A stretch of DNA of 64,000 nucleotides, from NCBI GenBank assembly GCA_039815375.1, contig JBCBZJ010000004.1, positions 192,920 to 256,919 on the forward strand, written 5' to 3'. Source of the stretch: Verrucomicrobiota bacterium (GTDB lineage Bacteria; Verrucomicrobiota; Verrucomicrobiia; Opitutales; Coraliomargaritaceae). Both the position numbers and the translations under genes were made by a program. Within the stretch, counting starts at the first letter, position 1, and every line of letters begins with the position of its first letter. The notes below the pieces were generated by a model. That model saw nothing but the letters and a program-made list of their open reading frames with translations. It was not told the DNA's origin and did no database searches. Of this stretch, positions 61,347 through 64,000 are shown piece after piece.

Positions 61347-62324
61347 ATGATGAAAAGCGTAACCCTTATTTTTGCTTTAGCTCTATTCGCGTCCGGCACC
61401 AGCACGGCAAAAATGAAAGCCTTAATTCTTGATGGGCAGAACAATCATGTAATTTGGCCGAAGTCGACGATGATGATGAAGCAGTATCTAGAAGAGACCG
61501 GATTATTTGAGGTCGACATCAATCGCATGCGCTACACGTGGAGAGGGGAAAAGCGTGAGAGTTCATGGTTGCCGAAAGCCGGTTTGAAAATGGAAACCAG
61601 CGATCTACCGAATCCCAAAGAAGATCCGGATTTTACGCCAGCATTTGATCAATACGATGTAGTAGTTTCGAACCTGGGCTTCAAGACAGCAAATTGGCCC
61701 GAGGCCACACAGCGCACCTTTGAGGACTATGTGAAGAACGGCGGTGGCTTTATCTCAGTGCATGCAGCGAACAACGCTTGGGCTAACTGGAAAGAGTTTA
61801 ACCTGATGACTGGCATCGGTGGCTGGGGAGGCCGTAAAGGGAATACGCCCGGCCAGATTTACATCTATTACAATGATGCAGGTGAGCTCGTGCGCGATGC
61901 CAAGCCAGGTCGAAAAGTCGGGGCGCATGGCCCCTCTCACGAGTTCCCTGTCACCGTTCGCGTGGCAGACCACCCGATCACCAAGGGCATGCCCGAAGTC
62001 TGGCTGCATTCGAAAGACGAGTGCTGGGCATTGCTCAGAGGTCCTGCCGAAAACATGACGGTGCTGGCAACTGCCAAGGATCAAACAGACAAGGCACCAA
62101 CTGATCGCCACGAGCCGGTCTTGATGGTTGTCGACTATGGCAAAGGACGCGTTGTAAACACCGTACTTGGCCATGATACTGAGGCCTTCGAAGGTGTCGG
62201 CTTCATCACCATTCTGGTCCGCAGCGCAGAGTGGGCGGCTACCGGCAAGGTGACGACTCCGATTCCCACCGACTTCCCAACTAAAGAGAAATCATCCGGC
62301 CGGAGATTTGAGCTGAAGAATTAG
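61347..62324 (+). CDS. ThuA-domain protein
   Basis: Signal peptide, DGQNNH, GGG...VHAA, HPI..G.P, DE, YGKGRV...LGH. Confidence 0.88.
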   Translation: MMKSVTLIFALALFASGTSTAKMKALILDGQNNHVIWPKSTMMMKQYLEETGLFEVDINRMRYTWRGEKRESSWLPKAGLKMETSDLPNPKEDPDFTPAFDQYDVVVSNLGFKTANWPEATQRTFEDYVKNGGGFISVHAANNAWANWKEFNLMTGIGGWGGRKGNTPGQIYIYYNDAGELVRDAKPGRKVGAHGPSHEFPVTVRVADHPITKGMPEVWLHSKDECWALLRGPAENMTVLATAKDQTDKAPTDRHEPVLMVVDYGKGRVVNTVLGHDTEAFEGVGFITILVRSAEWAATGKVTTPIPTDFPTKEKSSGRRFELKN

Positions 62325-62472
62325 ATCCGTTCTATCCTCAAAAGCCGAAAGTGTCCTGCAACGCCCCGTAGCGCTCGTCAGCAAAACAATACCCAGTTAA
62401 TGTTTAGCATTAGTCTCTGAGTAGAGTATGCAATTCTCCAGTCGTTGACGGGTTCCAACAGCGCCGCCATCT

Positions 62473-62500
62473 TTGACAAAAAGTATTCGGAAAGTAAGTT
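62473..62500 (+). promoter_or_regulatory. sigma70-like promoter (probably leaderless)
   Basis: TTGACA-N16-TAAGTT, 6 nt before GTG 62507. Confidence 0.45.
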
Positions 62501-62506
62501 AATCCT

Positions 62507-62911
62507 GTGAGTAACGAAAAACGGGCCATACTTTTTTATGATGGTGACTGCGGCCTATGCAGCCGATCAGTTCGTTTTTTGATGGATCGGGATAAGCAGG
62601 CATACCTTTTTTACGCGCCGATCCAAGGAACACTCGCCGCAGAGCTACTTGAGCCTGAACTGCGTGAATCACTCTCCACCGCCATCTATAGAAACACAGA
62701 TGGCCTCGTTCGACTACGCTCTGATGCCGTTCTTCATGCATTGATCGATATCCACAGCAGCTTACATGTACTGGCGCGCCCTGCTCTGCTCATCCCTCGC
62801 AATTGGCGGGATGCAGTCTACAACTGGATTGCAACACGTCGGCACAAATGGTTTCTAAAAGAGAACTGTCCTTTACCAACACCAGAAGACAGTCGCCAAC
62901 TGCTGACTTGA
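62507..62911 (+). CDS. DCC1/DUF393 thiol-disulfide oxidoreductase family
   Basis: YDGDCGLC, RSDA, RDAVYNWIA.RRH.WF...CP. Confidence 0.9.
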   Translation: MSNEKRAILFYDGDCGLCSRSVRFLMDRDKQAYLFYAPIQGTLAAELLEPELRESLSTAIYRNTDGLVRLRSDAVLHALIDIHSSLHVLARPALLIPRNWRDAVYNWIATRRHKWFLKENCPLPTPEDSRQLLT

Positions 62912-63135
62912 TGCCTAGCTTCAGACGATGCCTTCGAACCGCACTCCTTTTTCTTTTTACTGAGCAGTGCCCAGCAGTAGCGAACTGCCCGTCAGTTCCT
63001 GATAAATTGAAAGAATCGAGATATCAGGGGCCGCGTTCAAGAACCTGCTGACTATCTTAAATGCCGGCTCTGTTGTTACAGCTTTATTGCCATTTGCTGG
63101 ATTCTGGCCCTGGCAATTAAGCTTTGCTAAAAGTC

Positions 63136-63693
63136 ATGCGCCCAATACTGACAGAAAAAATATCAGTTAGAGAATTCGAGGACTGGTATTGGAAAAAGGA
63201 AGAACTCGTAGCCTTCTGCAAAACTCAGTCCATTCCATACGTTGGTTTAAAACCAGAGCTGGAAAAACGCATAAAGGCATTTTTAAGTGGAAACCCACTT
63301 CCGAAACCTAAAAAACGGAAGGCAACAAAGAAGATTCCAGATAATCTTAGCTTAAGCACACTTATTGAAGAGGGCTGGAGCTGTAATCCGAAATTAGGGG
63401 CTTTTTTTAAAAAACACTGTGGAAGCTCGTTTCGATTTAATCATGCGATGAGACAGTTTATTCACACTCAGGCTGGAAAGAGTCTGGGTGAAGCTGTTGA
63501 GTGTTATCACAAGAGTCTAACCGAGCAGCAACCGTCTTTACCGCAAAACGAACTGGCTGCTTTTATGAAAGACTACTCCCAATCAAACCCGGGCAGCACA
63601 AGAACAGAAATCATGGTTGAATGGGAGCGACTAAAGCGAAGAAGGCGATCAAAGCGGAAACAAAGCACACAAGCCTGCGACGGCAAAAGCTAA
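63136..63693 (+). CDS. SAP-like/DUF6434-like protein
   Basis: YW.K.EL..FC....I...G.K.EL..RI; AFFK..CG..F.FN. Confidence 0.7.
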   Translation: MRPILTEKISVREFEDWYWKKEELVAFCKTQSIPYVGLKPELEKRIKAFLSGNPLPKPKKRKATKKIPDNLSLSTLIEEGWSCNPKLGAFFKKHCGSSFRFNHAMRQFIHTQAGKSLGEAVECYHKSLTEQQPSLPQNELAAFMKDYSQSNPGSTRTEIMVEWERLKRRRRSKRKQSTQACDGKS

Positions 63694-63870
63694 CGTCTTT
63701 CCGCATCTTTATGTTAGACTAATCAGAACCTAGGAACGGGCTTCGGTTAAACCCGAACTATGCAAACGGATTTTTCGAACAAAAGGTTTGTCTTTGTAAG
63801 TGCCTTTGAATCAGGCACATTTCTAATACATCGCATTAAAATGTGCTCACCAGAATGGTGTTTTCGAATT

Positions 63871-63919
63871 GTTCCGGTTCCGGCCTCGGCCGGACCGGTC
63901 TTGTCGCTTCGCTCGGAAC
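63871..63919. repeat. GC-rich REP-like palindrome
   Basis: CCGGTTCCGGCC/GGCCGGACCGG stem within GTTCC...GGAAC, plus CGCTTCGCTC. Confidence 0.4.
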
Positions 63920-64000
63920 TTAGGCGACCAAGCCACATGGCTGCCAATCCGGCCAGCAGTCACGTATGTTTATACGCTCCTTCCGCCTTCAGTTGCCGAG

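Noticed and set aside
63747..63947. 66-aa minus-strand ORF at the window end
   Set aside because: Runs through a palindrome and has no motifs; the edge sequence is too short to call a gene
1..64000. tRNA, rRNA, CRISPR array, transposase or integrase
   Set aside because: None recognised by eye in the ORFs or intergenic regions; tRNAscan and Rfam were not run

Overview
This is a gene-dense bacterial chromosomal window. Gene content and promoter style suggest Verrucomicrobiota (Opitutales-like), which is an inference. No rRNA, tRNA, CRISPR array or transposase was seen. Positions 1-23 kb are mostly housekeeping: aroC, PPi-type PEP carboxykinase, trpF, ogt, a GldA/F/G-like ABC operon with DUF4340 and an AsmA-like gene, a photolyase operon, aroQ and an SNF2 helicase. 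Positions 23-53 kb hold a dispersed purine/nucleoside scavenging system. It has two NCS2-type permeases, two MTAN-fold nucleosidases, Hpt, LOG, an adenosine-deaminase-family enzyme and uraD-uraH-allC-allB plus an amidase. All five of its transcription units carry a sigma54-type GG-N10-GC/GT motif. No xanthine dehydrogenase, known urate oxidase or ureidoglycine enzyme is present in the window. Instead the operons contain a cytochrome P450 lacking the acid-alcohol pair, a 2OG-Fe(II) dioxygenase and two cupins, which are candidates for an undescribed purine oxidation route. Embedded in this region are an orphan ADP-ribosyltransferase-fold protein with an unusual T-x-E motif, a two-kinase pair with no output domain, and a secreted alpha/beta-hydrolase fused to a SAM_HAT C-terminal domain. 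Positions 53-64 kb are a looser, AT-richer accessory block. All calls are from motif reading only, with no database searches.
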